Part shown: positions 26,555-34,221 of the stretch, piece after piece | Position numbering within the stretch: position 1 is the first letter of the stretch | How the letters are laid out: the number at the start of each line of letters is the position of its first letter | Source of the DNA: Candidatus Bathyarchaeota archaeon | GTDB lineage: Archaea; Thermoproteota; Bathyarchaeia; Bathyarchaeales; Bathycorpusculaceae | DNA length: 64,000 nucleotides | Assembly: GCA_022865455.1 (NCBI GenBank) | Contig: JALHSY010000055.1 | Location: 3,965-67,964, forward strand | Direction: 5' to 3' | The notes under the pieces: generated by a model | The model's input: only the letters and a program-made list of their open reading frames with translations | Databases searched by the model: none | Told to the model about the DNA's origin: nothing | Translations under genes and position numbers: made by a program

Positions 26555-26821
26555 CTATCTTCTGATTTCAACAAAAGCTTTCAGGGAGAATCGCTTGTTG
26601 GTTATGGGTTCCGGCGGAAACTTGATAGCTTCCTGAATGTAGAAGTCAGCAAAGTAATATGTGTCACACTGTCTCCAAGCATCTGCAACTATATGTGCCG
26701 CTATGCTCTCTGGATTCTCCGGGTTCGTTTCCTCTTTTGGGATAACTCTGGACTTCAAAAGGTTCTCCCTAACGTAGTTTCTAAGTTTCTCGAAGGCCTC
26801 GCTTGAACAATCGTCCAACAT
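26555..26821 (-). CDS. Hypothetical protein (cassette array)
   Basis: 88-aa ORF directly after leader copy 26828. Confidence 0.5.
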   Translation of the reverse strand: MLDDCSSEAFEKLRNYVRENLLKSRVIPKEETNPENPESIAAHIVADAWRQCDTYYFADFYIQEAIKFPPEPITNKRFSLKAFVEIRR

Positions 26822-26902
26822 TTAGTACACCCCGAACAGAAAAAGGAGAAACTAATGTAAGTTTTCTTCACCCCAATAGAAAAAGGGGAAGCTAGTTGGA
26901 AG

Positions 26903-27938
26903 TTAAGTTATGAATATTGGCATCCGCATTACGTTTTTTGCTGTTGTCTGGTAGTATTTGACTAGCACTTGAAGGTTTGTTGAGATGGCCCTGTAGGGTT
27001 CGCCTACTTGTTCGTAGCTGAATGACGCTTTCAGAGGCTTAGGTGAGTCTGACAGCTGGTCTTTTGTTTTTCTGAGCTCCCACTCGTTAAACCCGCTGCC
27101 AACGCATCCACGATATCTTCCGTTTTCATCTGCTAAAACCAGGCTGCCGAAGAATGAGTTTCTAGCGTTCTCTCCAGCTGTGTATCCAACTACGTTGCAG
27201 ACCTCGAAAAGCCAGTTCTTCACTTTTAGCCAGCTGTAGGACCTCTCATGCTCGTATGGGCTCTCAATTTGTTTTGCTATTAAGCCTTCGCGGTTCATGC
27301 TGATGGTCTCTTCCCATGCACTTAAGAGGTCTTTCTGGAAAGGAACGAATTGTACAGTGGCATCTTTGACCTTGGAGAGAAGTTGCTGCAGCAGCTCTTT
27401 TCTTTTCCAGTAAGGTATCTTCTCAGTATTGCCGCTCTTGACCTTGAGAACATCGAAAGCTTCGAATGTTATGGGAAAACTGTCTCTTAACATGTAGTCT
27501 GGGAACTGGGTTGCACATCTTCGTTGTGCCGACGTAAACTCTTCCTCGCCCGTTTTAGGGTTTATGTAGACGACTTCGCCGTCTAGCGTCCACATGCCAG
27601 GAATCTGTTTGAGAGCCTTAACTATCTCTGGCAGGCGTATTTTCTACGCATACGACAATGACGATACTGTCTAATTGCGTTATGCTGTGTAGATTACGCC
27701 GTGCCTGTTCTGCAATGTTACATTACCGTCGCCTATAGCGATGACACGTGTACCGTCCCATTTACGGGCTATTTTAGGAGGTAGCTTTCCGTTCGGCGAC
27801 GAAACCGCGTATCATCAGTTTCTTTAGTTGTTCTACAATGGCTTTCCTGTACGCTACGGTTGCAGCAGGCCCGTCTAAGCCGTTTTGTCTGACTAGTGAC
27901 ATGTCTACTTCGACTTCATGGCATAGCATTGGCATCAT
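26903..27938 (-). pseudogene. ATP-dependent DNA ligase, disrupted near motif I
   Basis: The ORF 26903..27595 carries WTLDGEVV, EGLIAKQIESPYE, SWLKVK and GSLVLAD..GRYRGCVGSGF. My own translation upstream finds MMPMLCHEV...GFVAERK, stop at 27774. A +1 frame then gives ARKWDGTRVIAIGDGNVTLQNRHG (KxDGxR), stop at 27680. A third frame gives RLPEIVKALKQIPGMWTLDG. Confidence 0.7.
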
Positions 27939-27939
27939 T

Positions 27940-28125
27940 CTAGATTCTTCCTTCCTCGCTGAGTTTGGTGTTGAACGCTTTAATGTTGTCTGCTAACCAT
28001 TGGCCAGCATCCCGATCTAGAAATTCCTTGAACTCTTGCAGCTCTGCTTCTGTCGGTTCCCGTCCAAAAACATTGTCTTTCAGCTGTTCCTTCAGTTCCT
28101 CATCTGTCCACTTCACTTGATACAT
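27940..28125 (-). CDS. Hypothetical small acidic protein (cassette array)
   Basis: 61 aa. Its stop abuts the ligase ATG, and the leader lies upstream at 28131. Confidence 0.5.
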   Translation of the reverse strand: MYQVKWTDEELKEQLKDNVFGREPTEAELQEFKEFLDRDAGQWLADNIKAFNTKLSEEGRI

Positions 28126-28168
28126 TTTTACACCCCGTAGAAAAAAGGGGGATTTGAACCCACAGGGG

Positions 28169-28960
28169 TTACTTCTTCTTTGCAGACGGGATAATGAGAA
28201 GGGCCTGGATCGGGGGCAGTGTCTCGAGGGTCTTCACTGGCCGTATTGGGATCTTCACGCCTGGCACGTCTCGCAGGCAGCGGTATTCGACTTTCTTGTT
28301 GCTGATTCGGAGCAGCCATACGAATTGGCCGTCTTTCACTATGGGTACGAGGAACGCGTAGTACTGTGTGAAGCCGCCGTTGGAATAGGTGGTTATCGCT
28401 ATTTCGTCGCGTTTGATTGCGGCGTCAGCTTCATTCCAGAGTTTTAGGTCGTTGCGTGGATCCGCTGCGGGCAGCTCGTATTCTTCATGTATCAAGAAAC
28501 CCTCAAGCATTGTTGAAGAGACCCAATAGGCATCTCCCTGGTCCTGCACTTCCGTTGGTGTTTCTTTGACTTCGATGCGTTCGGTCGGAGGGTAAGGTGC
28601 AACAGGATCTCCGATGCTGCTGTCAGGGTTCACTAGGTAATACTCGATCTTTTTCTTGTCAACCGTTTCGCCTTTCTTGTTGACGGCAAGATTCTTTGTG
28701 TGCTCGAGTATGCATCTAGCCTTAGCTACAGGTATCAGGTTGCCTTTCGAGTCCTTCAGTATGGTTTCGACCTGCAACTCTTCGCCTGTACCGACAATCT
28801 CCCAATGGCTCGTGTCGACTACTCGACACTCCCTCACTGGTTCGCCGTCTACCAGCTCCGTAAGCTGCGGGTCTTGGATCAGTAGTGCGTTGCCGACTCT
28901 CTGCTTGCACACTCTCACGTCTGCATTGCCTATTTTCAGCCAAATCGTCGATGTGGGCAT
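28169..28960 (-). CDS. Hypothetical protein, weak Ku-like pattern
   Basis: 263 aa with N-terminal TIWLKIGNADVRV and C-terminal YELPAAD...EIAITTYSNGGFTQYYAFLVP...LLRISNKKVEYR. These are loosely reminiscent of prokaryotic Ku. It lies next to the ligase. Confidence 0.5.
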   Translation of the reverse strand: MPTSTIWLKIGNADVRVCKQRVGNALLIQDPQLTELVDGEPVRECRVVDTSHWEIVGTGEELQVETILKDSKGNLIPVAKARCILEHTKNLAVNKKGETVDKKKIEYYLVNPDSSIGDPVAPYPPTERIEVKETPTEVQDQGDAYWVSSTMLEGFLIHEEYELPAADPRNDLKLWNEADAAIKRDEIAITTYSNGGFTQYYAFLVPIVKDGQFVWLLRISNKKVEYRCLRDVPGVKIPIRPVKTLETLPPIQALLIIPSAKKK

Positions 28961-28995
28961 TTTCTACACCCCAAAACAGAAAAAGGAGGGAAAGT

Positions 28996-29229
28996 CTAGT
29001 CTACTATCTTCGGGAACTTGTTCACGAACAAGTATATGCTGTCAGAGATTGAGCATTGATGTTTCTCAAGCAGTTCCTCAAACTTCGCTTTAGTGATAAC
29101 ATGGTCGTTCGGATCAATTTGATGGTCTAGTCTTTCAATATCGATTGCTGGAGTTGAATTCAGGAAGCACTCTTTTAAGCAAGCAACTACTCGGTCATAG
29201 ACTTTCTTCTTTTCATCCATAAGAAACAC
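28996..29229 (-). CDS. Hypothetical protein (cassette array)
   Basis: 77 aa, with the leader upstream at 29227. Confidence 0.5.
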   Translation of the reverse strand: MFLMDEKKKVYDRVVACLKECFLNSTPAIDIERLDHQIDPNDHVITKAKFEELLEKHQCSISDSIYLFVNKFPKIVD

Positions 29230-29259
29230 CCCAATAGAAAAAAGAGAGGGATTTTTAGA

Positions 29260-29487
29260 CTACCGTTTCTTCCTCAAGCGAGCTGCCACTATTGTTCTCA
29301 ATGTGAATCTGGGTTCACCTAGAAACTTGGAGCATGCGTACTTGACTAGACAGTCGTTACAGTCTCCGTCCCGCTGCAGCTTGCGGCACTTCAGAACCTT
29401 CACTTGGCAGCCGACAGCCACTCTGTTTGGAATGACTATGGTCACCAGTTTTCCTTCGTTCTCGCAGAATACTGACGTGAACATCAC
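29260..29487 (-). CDS. Hypothetical Cys-rich small protein (cassette array)
   Basis: 75 aa, with the leader upstream at 29485. Confidence 0.5.
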   Translation of the reverse strand: MMFTSVFCENEGKLVTIVIPNRVAVGCQVKVLKCRKLQRDGDCNDCLVKYACSKFLGEPRFTLRTIVAARLRKKR

Positions 29488-29508
29488 CCCGACAGAAAAA
29501 AGGAGAGT

Positions 29509-29793
29509 TTAGAAGCTGTCTTTCAGCCGACGCATAATCTCTTCTTCATTGAAATTTTCAGCTTCGATAATCTCCGTTGGGATAACAATCGGATGAAGAG
29601 CATTGCGAGCGGTTCTTATCTCCGATGAACCTACTATGTTTTTGACTGCCTCTATAATGGCTTCGCCTTCTCCTACAGCTTCTAGAATCTGCACACTCAC
29701 CAGAACAACAGCTATTTTAGGCAAAACTTTCACCCCAGAAAGCATTGTAGCGTCTACGCTAACCCTGCCCCTTTTCCTTACCGTGCAAATCAC
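29509..29793 (-). CDS. Hypothetical protein, first gene of cassette array
   Basis: The track start at 29793 is a GTG. An internal ATG at 29745 (MLSGVKVL) is an alternative. No full leader copy lies upstream. Confidence 0.4.
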   Translation of the reverse strand: MICTVRKRGRVSVDATMLSGVKVLPKIAVVLVSVQILEAVGEGEAIIEAVKNIVGSSEIRTARNALHPIVIPTEIIEAENFNEEEIMRRLKDSF

Positions 29794-30436
29794 TTCGCAT
29801 GGCTGCCTGCGTTTGCCTACTCAAAAATTGAGAGCTTGCAAGACAATGAATTTGGGGGTGGCTCTTACAAGCATGTGGCAAAACGTAAAGAGGCTTCTGT
29901 TTTGTGTTTCAACAGGCTATCCCTCTTATGTCACTGGCTTCCCCGCCAATCACCTCTAAAAGAGAGCCCTACCATCACCTTAAAACATTAGCTTTAAGGT
30001 CGGTTGGTGTCCTAGTCGGTTACCTGTCCAGTGTTCTACATTGGGGTGGTGCCTGTTTCCCATACAGGCGGCGGTCATAACACTAGACAGACCTTTAGGG
30101 CGAACAGCATAGACGCTTCTCCATTTGTCGTGGGCTTTTCTCCAGCCGAGCTTACGCTGGCGAAAGTTTCACATTTTCAAGCAATAAAAAATGCTGGCTC
30201 TCCTTTCGCTTTCCTCACGTCTCCTTTCTAATTAAACTCCAAGAAGGGCTACGCCTTCTGTTTAACCTAGGTGACGCATTACGAGGACGACTTTTAGAGT
30301 GCCCACGTGTTAGTGCCTTTATTCTGTCCTACGGGCTTTTAGCTCTGGGGGGTGATCTTTCCATACCGTCGTCGGGCTAGCCGAACGACTATAGTACAGA
30401 CAAAAGGGGAGGGTTGGTGCGATAAGACTAGGTGTC

Positions 30437-30925
30437 TTACAGCTTTTTCTTCTGCTTGCTCTGCTCTAGCGCCTTCTGCATCCATTCGGACAGGCTGAAG
30501 CGGGGTGCGACGGGGTGTCCTAGCTCTTTCAAAGAGTCAGGAATAGCCACAGCATCGCAGTATTTCTGAGCTTGGACTAGAGGCTTCACTTTGTCTTGGA
30601 ATGGCTTGCGGGCTGTGGCAGCCGTCTTTCTGAGGTCTGTCAAGTCCTTCTGGTTGGCTTTGATTGCGGCTCTCAGGTCATCAGTAGCGTCTTCTATGTA
30701 AGAGTCGATGTTCTCAGAGAGTTGTTTACCCTTCTCTCTGACAGCCTTAGTCTCGTCTTTGGTCTTCTCAGCCATGTCCTGCTGAGTCAGTCGGCGAGCC
30801 ATGAAATAGCCGTATCTTTCAGCTACAAGCTCAGTAAAAGCCTCTAGCATGTCCATCTTGGATGGAACTGCCTCGGCTGGAACAGCCTGAGCAGTTTGAG
30901 CAGATTGGGCATTACGTCTTGGCAA
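30437..30925 (-). CDS. Hypothetical helical protein
   Basis: 162-aa ORF with a TTG start. An internal ATG giving MDMLEAF is possible. Confidence 0.45.
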   Translation of the reverse strand: MPRRNAQSAQTAQAVPAEAVPSKMDMLEAFTELVAERYGYFMARRLTQQDMAEKTKDETKAVREKGKQLSENIDSYIEDATDDLRAAIKANQKDLTDLRKTAATARKPFQDKVKPLVQAQKYCDAVAIPDSLKELGHPVAPRFSLSEWMQKALEQSKQKKKL

Positions 30926-30998
30926 GGTTTATTTTCTCCCTAATTTGAGGAAACTAACCCCTTGCGCTATTTTGCCGTAGAGGATTTCAGAAAGGCTT

Positions 30999-31292
30999 TT
31001 ACTCCCTGTCGCCCAATCCAGAAAAAGGGATATTTTGGAGACTTGGAAACTTGCGTATAGCTTTCCAAAACCCCACGTTATTGATTACACGTTCCAGAGT
31101 GCCGACTGTCTCCTTATCGCTGAACCGCACAATACTAAAATTGTCGAAGTCATGCAGAGGTATCCTTATCACAAAAACCCAACATTCCTTATGCGACTTG
31201 TTTCTGTGTTTTGCCATGCAGTCCTTAAACGTGGAAACGTCTTGACTCTTGACTATGTAACCGCAGTCTTTACACTTGCCCACGTACAACAT
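30999..31292 (-). CDS. Hypothetical zinc-finger-like protein
   Basis: 97 aa with a CKDCG...C..H..SH pattern. Confidence 0.45.
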   Translation of the reverse strand: MLYVGKCKDCGYIVKSQDVSTFKDCMAKHRNKSHKECWVFVIRIPLHDFDNFSIVRFSDKETVGTLERVINNVGFWKAIRKFPSLQNIPFSGLGDRE

Positions 31293-31715
31293 ACCAAAAC
31301 CCCTGTTTATTTGTGGGCGACAGTTTAGAGAAGCCTTAGTAATCCTCAGTAATCAAATCTTAAAGGCTTTATTCTGCTTCAAAAGTGTTTTATTCCGCCT
31401 TTTTGAATATTCGCCTAAGATTTAGGCGTTTACTCACTTATGCGTCTTATTTAAGACGTGAAACGCTATTCTAAAGGTTTTTTGCGTTTCGCCCTTCCAG
31501 AGCTACACTTTTTAACCTTCTCCGAAGGCACAGCCAAAAACTCACTAAATAGGCGCAATAGCCTTTTTAGGACAGCCTAAGGCTTGTTTGGTAAATTGTG
31601 GCGTTTTTGTTCACTCTGAAACACCTAACAGCTCAACAGAGTTGCACAGCTTTAGCGGTCTTGCGTTTATCTCTAGGCTTCTAAGTTTGCCGTTTAGCTT
31701 GTTCTTGCCCATGTT

Positions 31716-31744
31716 GGTTATCGTTGCACTTTAGCACGATAACC
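31716..31744. promoter_or_regulatory. Perfect 9-bp inverted repeat GGTTATCGT-N11-ACGATAACC
   Basis: Read directly. It lies in the 900-nt non-coding region 31293-32186. Confidence 0.5.
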
Positions 31745-31778
31745 AAAAGCACTTCGTGCAAACAACTATTTAAACATG

Positions 31779-31798
31779 CGTTTTATTCACATAAAACG
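31779..31798. promoter_or_regulatory. Palindrome CGTTTTAT-TCAC-ATAAAACG (copy 2 of 3)
   Basis: Same 8+4+8 structure and the same GAA 3' flank as the copies at 8601 and 34631. Confidence 0.6.
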
Positions 31799-32136
31799 AA
31801 CATGACAAAGACATATCTTTGTCCAAATCTGAATAATCTTGCCATATTTCCATTATTCCGACATTATTTAACCTTAGAAGCTAGAACGGATAAGGTAAGC
31901 TAGGCTATGGAAGCTTAAGGACTCTATTCTAAGGCTTAATATGCGACAGGAACCCAAATCTAAGGATAAGTATCCACCTGAAAGCTCCTTTCAAGGATAT
32001 GTTCAACAGAGAAGATTCTAAGAGAAGTTACCTTGGAAGCGACCGTGTAGTCTGGGATTTTCATTTTGGCCTGTTTTAGCAAGAGGGAGGAGACGCCGCC
32101 TGCGCACTTACGTCTAGGGAGTTGTCTTTTCTCAGA

Positions 32137-32916
32137 ATCTCGAGAGCTGTTCCAAGTCCAGATATGCTTCCTCCTATAATTGAGATTTGTCTGGCAGACA
32201 AGTTGTTCGCCTCGAGATGATTTATTTTCACATTCTGTCTATTTGTGCTTTTAGTTCCAGATACTTCTCGAGATATTGCCAGTTGAAGGGATTATCTCGA
32301 GATGGTAAAATATTTGTACTCGAGACTGAAGAAGAGGACAGTCTCGAGAAGAAGGCGCCAGATGAGCCAGATGAGCTTAAAGGGTTATTCGAGAAGCCTC
32401 GAGATGAAGGAAAAGAGGATGAGGAGATACTCAGAGAGGTATTCGAGTCAAATCCTAATGCCGACATAAAGAAGCTTGTGGAAGCAACTGGGCTTCCTGC
32501 CCTGACACTTGGCAGGATCAAAGGACTAATCTCGATACGACGTAAGCGAGACTCGAGAGCATCTGGGAAGCATCTGGAAGAGGGCGAGGTAAGTGAACCG
32601 GACGCCAGGCAGCTTGTGGCTCAGTTCGGTCGGGATGGACTGAACAAGCTCAAACGCGGGTTCCTGAAGAAAACTTTGGCTCTTGCGCCTGGAATGGCTG
32701 ACAAGACAGCCGAGTGGATCCTTCACAAGTGGGACATAAACCCGAGAGTTCAGGACGATCCGAACACATTCTATGAGATGCTTCACAACGATGCTGGGTT
32801 GAAACCGAACATCGCCATTTCGATTGCCAAGGATGTTTTCAGTTTGGAGGAGCAGTACGCTGATATTCTCGAGGACAAGGGCGAGAAACCTATTTTCATC
32901 TCAGGCAGTCCTCGAG
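32137..32916. repeat. Cluster of ten CTCGAG(A) iterons
   Basis: CTCGAG occurs at 32139, 32211, 32267, 32296, 32319, 32343, 32398, 32552, 32868 and 32911, plus TTCGAG, CTCGAT and CTCAGAG variants. The sites fall in all three phases of the overlapping ORF. Confidence 0.75.
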
Positions 32917-33176
32917 TCTCTGGCTCGCCTACTGGAGAACCTATTCTGTACCGAAGAGACCAGTATTCACAGAGCACGGGGCCTTTCGAAGTGTCTGGGA
33001 GAGGAGGTCGCGGAAATTATCCTGACCAGCCAGGACAGTTTCTGACTATGGAAGCATATCTGAAACTTGAGCGTGAAAAAGAGGAAAAACGACGGATAGA
33101 GAAGATTGAAGACAAAATGGAGAAAATGACCCAGGAAATCGATTCTTTCAAGAAAGGCTTCGATATATGGGTCTGA
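32187..33176 (+). CDS. Hypothetical protein (5' third doubtful)
   Basis: 329-aa ORF with a TTG start. The C-terminal two-thirds look protein-like. The first ~130 codons coincide with the iteron cluster and may be non-coding. Confidence 0.45.
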   Translation: MSGRQVVRLEMIYFHILSICAFSSRYFSRYCQLKGLSRDGKIFVLETEEEDSLEKKAPDEPDELKGLFEKPRDEGKEDEEILREVFESNPNADIKKLVEATGLPALTLGRIKGLISIRRKRDSRASGKHLEEGEVSEPDARQLVAQFGRDGLNKLKRGFLKKTLALAPGMADKTAEWILHKWDINPRVQDDPNTFYEMLHNDAGLKPNIAISIAKDVFSLEEQYADILEDKGEKPIFISGSPRVSGSPTGEPILYRRDQYSQSTGPFEVSGRGGRGNYPDQPGQFLTMEAYLKLEREKEEKRRIEKIEDKMEKMTQEIDSFKKGFDIWV

Positions 33177-33220
33177 GTGGAGAAGACTACATAGAGTCTC
33201 TTGTTTTTCATTGGCTTTTC

Positions 33221-34207
33221 CTAGGAGCGTTTCTTTGCACCGAATTCGCCGTTTCTAATTGCTTGGAAAACTTGACTAACACTCCTAAAGAAGTGTGAAG
33301 GAATGGTCACCAATGCTCTAGTCAAAGCAAGAGCGAAATCGGTGTGTTCAGCCGTTCCACCCTGCAAGACGTCTGCCCAAAGATATGGACGGTATCTTGC
33401 AAGGCTGGAAGCCGCGAAAACAAGGATATAGTCTTTGAAAAAATTGGATGGAGAGTAGGTAAGGTCAATAAAATCGGTAGAAAAACGCTTTCCAATTAAC
33501 TCCATATTTGCTGTTTCATCAAAAGCCTTCGCATCAAAAGCTAGGAGCTGCTTTAGCGAAATGCATTCAGAGCCTTTGAATAGAAAGTGGTTGTTCGCAA
33601 CAAAAGCGATTTCTTCTTTCTCCATTATCGGTAGGAAAGGAGAAAAGGCCAAACAGGCGCCCAGAAGTACTCCAGTATCAATGAATCTCTGAAAGATCGT
33701 TCCGTTGCTCTTAATTACTTTAATCTCCATGTCCAGAAGTTTATCCGACCATTTGGAAATTTTTACTCCATGAGAAGTGGCATGTTCAGGAGTCCACTTG
33801 AAAAACGTATAGTTGAAGAATGAAATGAAGCAGTGTATAGAGTAATGGTACAGGACAGGAGCCACCATGTCACTTGTCCGAGAAGCTATCTTCCACAGTT
33901 CAATGGCATTTTTCAAAAGCGCAACATTCTGCGAAGCCACTTCAGGGTGCTTTCCCGAATACTCAGTCGTTACAACGTCGACGCGGTTTCCGCTCATCTC
34001 TGAATATCGTTTTACCACATCGTCAAGAGGAACAAACGTCTTGTTAATCTGACCCTGTAGGGTCTTATAGGGGTGCAGAAGAGTGAGAGTTTCGAAGAGC
34101 CTCCAATATTCATCACTTATGAATGAACGCAGCACTGCCAATCCCATCATGAGCTTCTTGTGGCTACTCTTAAGCTTTGCACAAGGGTGTGATATCGAGA
34201 GTGCCAT
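33221..34207 (-). CDS. Hypothetical protein, possibly YaaC-like
   Basis: 328 aa. PVLYHYSIHCFISFF and FAASSLARYRPYLWADVLQG resemble my recollection of the YaaC-like family. Unverified. Confidence 0.5.
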   Translation of the reverse strand: MALSISHPCAKLKSSHKKLMMGLAVLRSFISDEYWRLFETLTLLHPYKTLQGQINKTFVPLDDVVKRYSEMSGNRVDVVTTEYSGKHPEVASQNVALLKNAIELWKIASRTSDMVAPVLYHYSIHCFISFFNYTFFKWTPEHATSHGVKISKWSDKLLDMEIKVIKSNGTIFQRFIDTGVLLGACLAFSPFLPIMEKEEIAFVANNHFLFKGSECISLKQLLAFDAKAFDETANMELIGKRFSTDFIDLTYSPSNFFKDYILVFAASSLARYRPYLWADVLQGGTAEHTDFALALTRALVTIPSHFFRSVSQVFQAIRNGEFGAKKRS

Positions 34208-34221
34208 ATCTCATCCATGTT

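Larger units (their letters stand above)
22303..29506 (-). repeat. Fifteen copies (plus one degenerate) of a conserved ~22-nt intergenic leader; minus-strand reading CCTCC-TTTTT-CTGTTT-GGGGTG(A)
   Basis: The plus-strand CACCCC core starts at 22540, 22932, 23433, 24016, 25037, 25293, 25899, 26135, 26530, 26828, 26869, 28131, 28967, 29227 and 29485. Each is followed by N3-4 then AGAAAAA(A)GG(A)G. A degenerate copy lies at 22303-22324. With the exceptions noted in the findings, each copy lies 0-9 nt upstream of a minus-strand start codon. Confidence 0.85.
22303..31292 (-). mobile_element. Putative integrated virus/plasmid-like element (boundaries uncertain)
   Basis: Dense co-directional array of small ORFs with a shared leader. 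It carries a DNA methylase-like gene, a DNA ligase pseudogene, RHH and Zn-ribbon proteins, and is flanked by repeat copies. No integrase or capsid gene recognised. Confidence 0.4.

Noticed and set aside
28140-28165. A tRNA-like T-arm on the minus strand (GTGGGTTCAAATCCCCC), which could have marked a tRNA gene or an att site.
   Set aside because: The upstream 60 nt are the C-terminal coding sequence of ORF 28169-28960. They do not fold into acceptor, D or anticodon arms. The T-stem pairs only 3-4 bp, and half of the match is simply the AAAAAGGGGG part of the conserved leader.
22303-29506. The regularly repeated 22-nt motif could be a CRISPR array.
   Set aside because: The spacers are 20-1100 nt, highly variable and consist of intact ORFs. 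The repeats are imperfect and shorter than typical CRISPR repeats. No cas genes are present.
22303-29506. An integron-like cassette array with attC sites.
   Set aside because: The intergenic gaps (about 30-45 nt) are too short for attC. The motif lacks the imperfect palindrome with R''/R' (GTTRRRY) ends. No IntI-type tyrosine recombinase is seen. The motif is better explained as a terminator-like T-run plus SD, although its extended conservation remains unexplained.
22932-29506. The plus-strand AAGGAGG inside each motif could be a ribosome-binding site for plus-strand genes.
   Set aside because: No consistent plus-strand ORFs follow the motifs. The long, non-overlapping ORFs with starts 0-9 nt from the motif are all on the minus strand.
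29794-30436. RNase P RNA, SRP RNA or a group II intron in the structured non-coding region. On the minus strand it contains GAGGAAAGCG and ACAGAAGGCG, and there is a bulged hairpin near 30369-30390.
   Set aside because: The RNase P-like words occur in the wrong order and without the rest of the P4 consensus. There is no convincing SRP domain IV motif or group II domain V consensus, and no intron-encoded protein. The region is kept only as an unclassified structured region.
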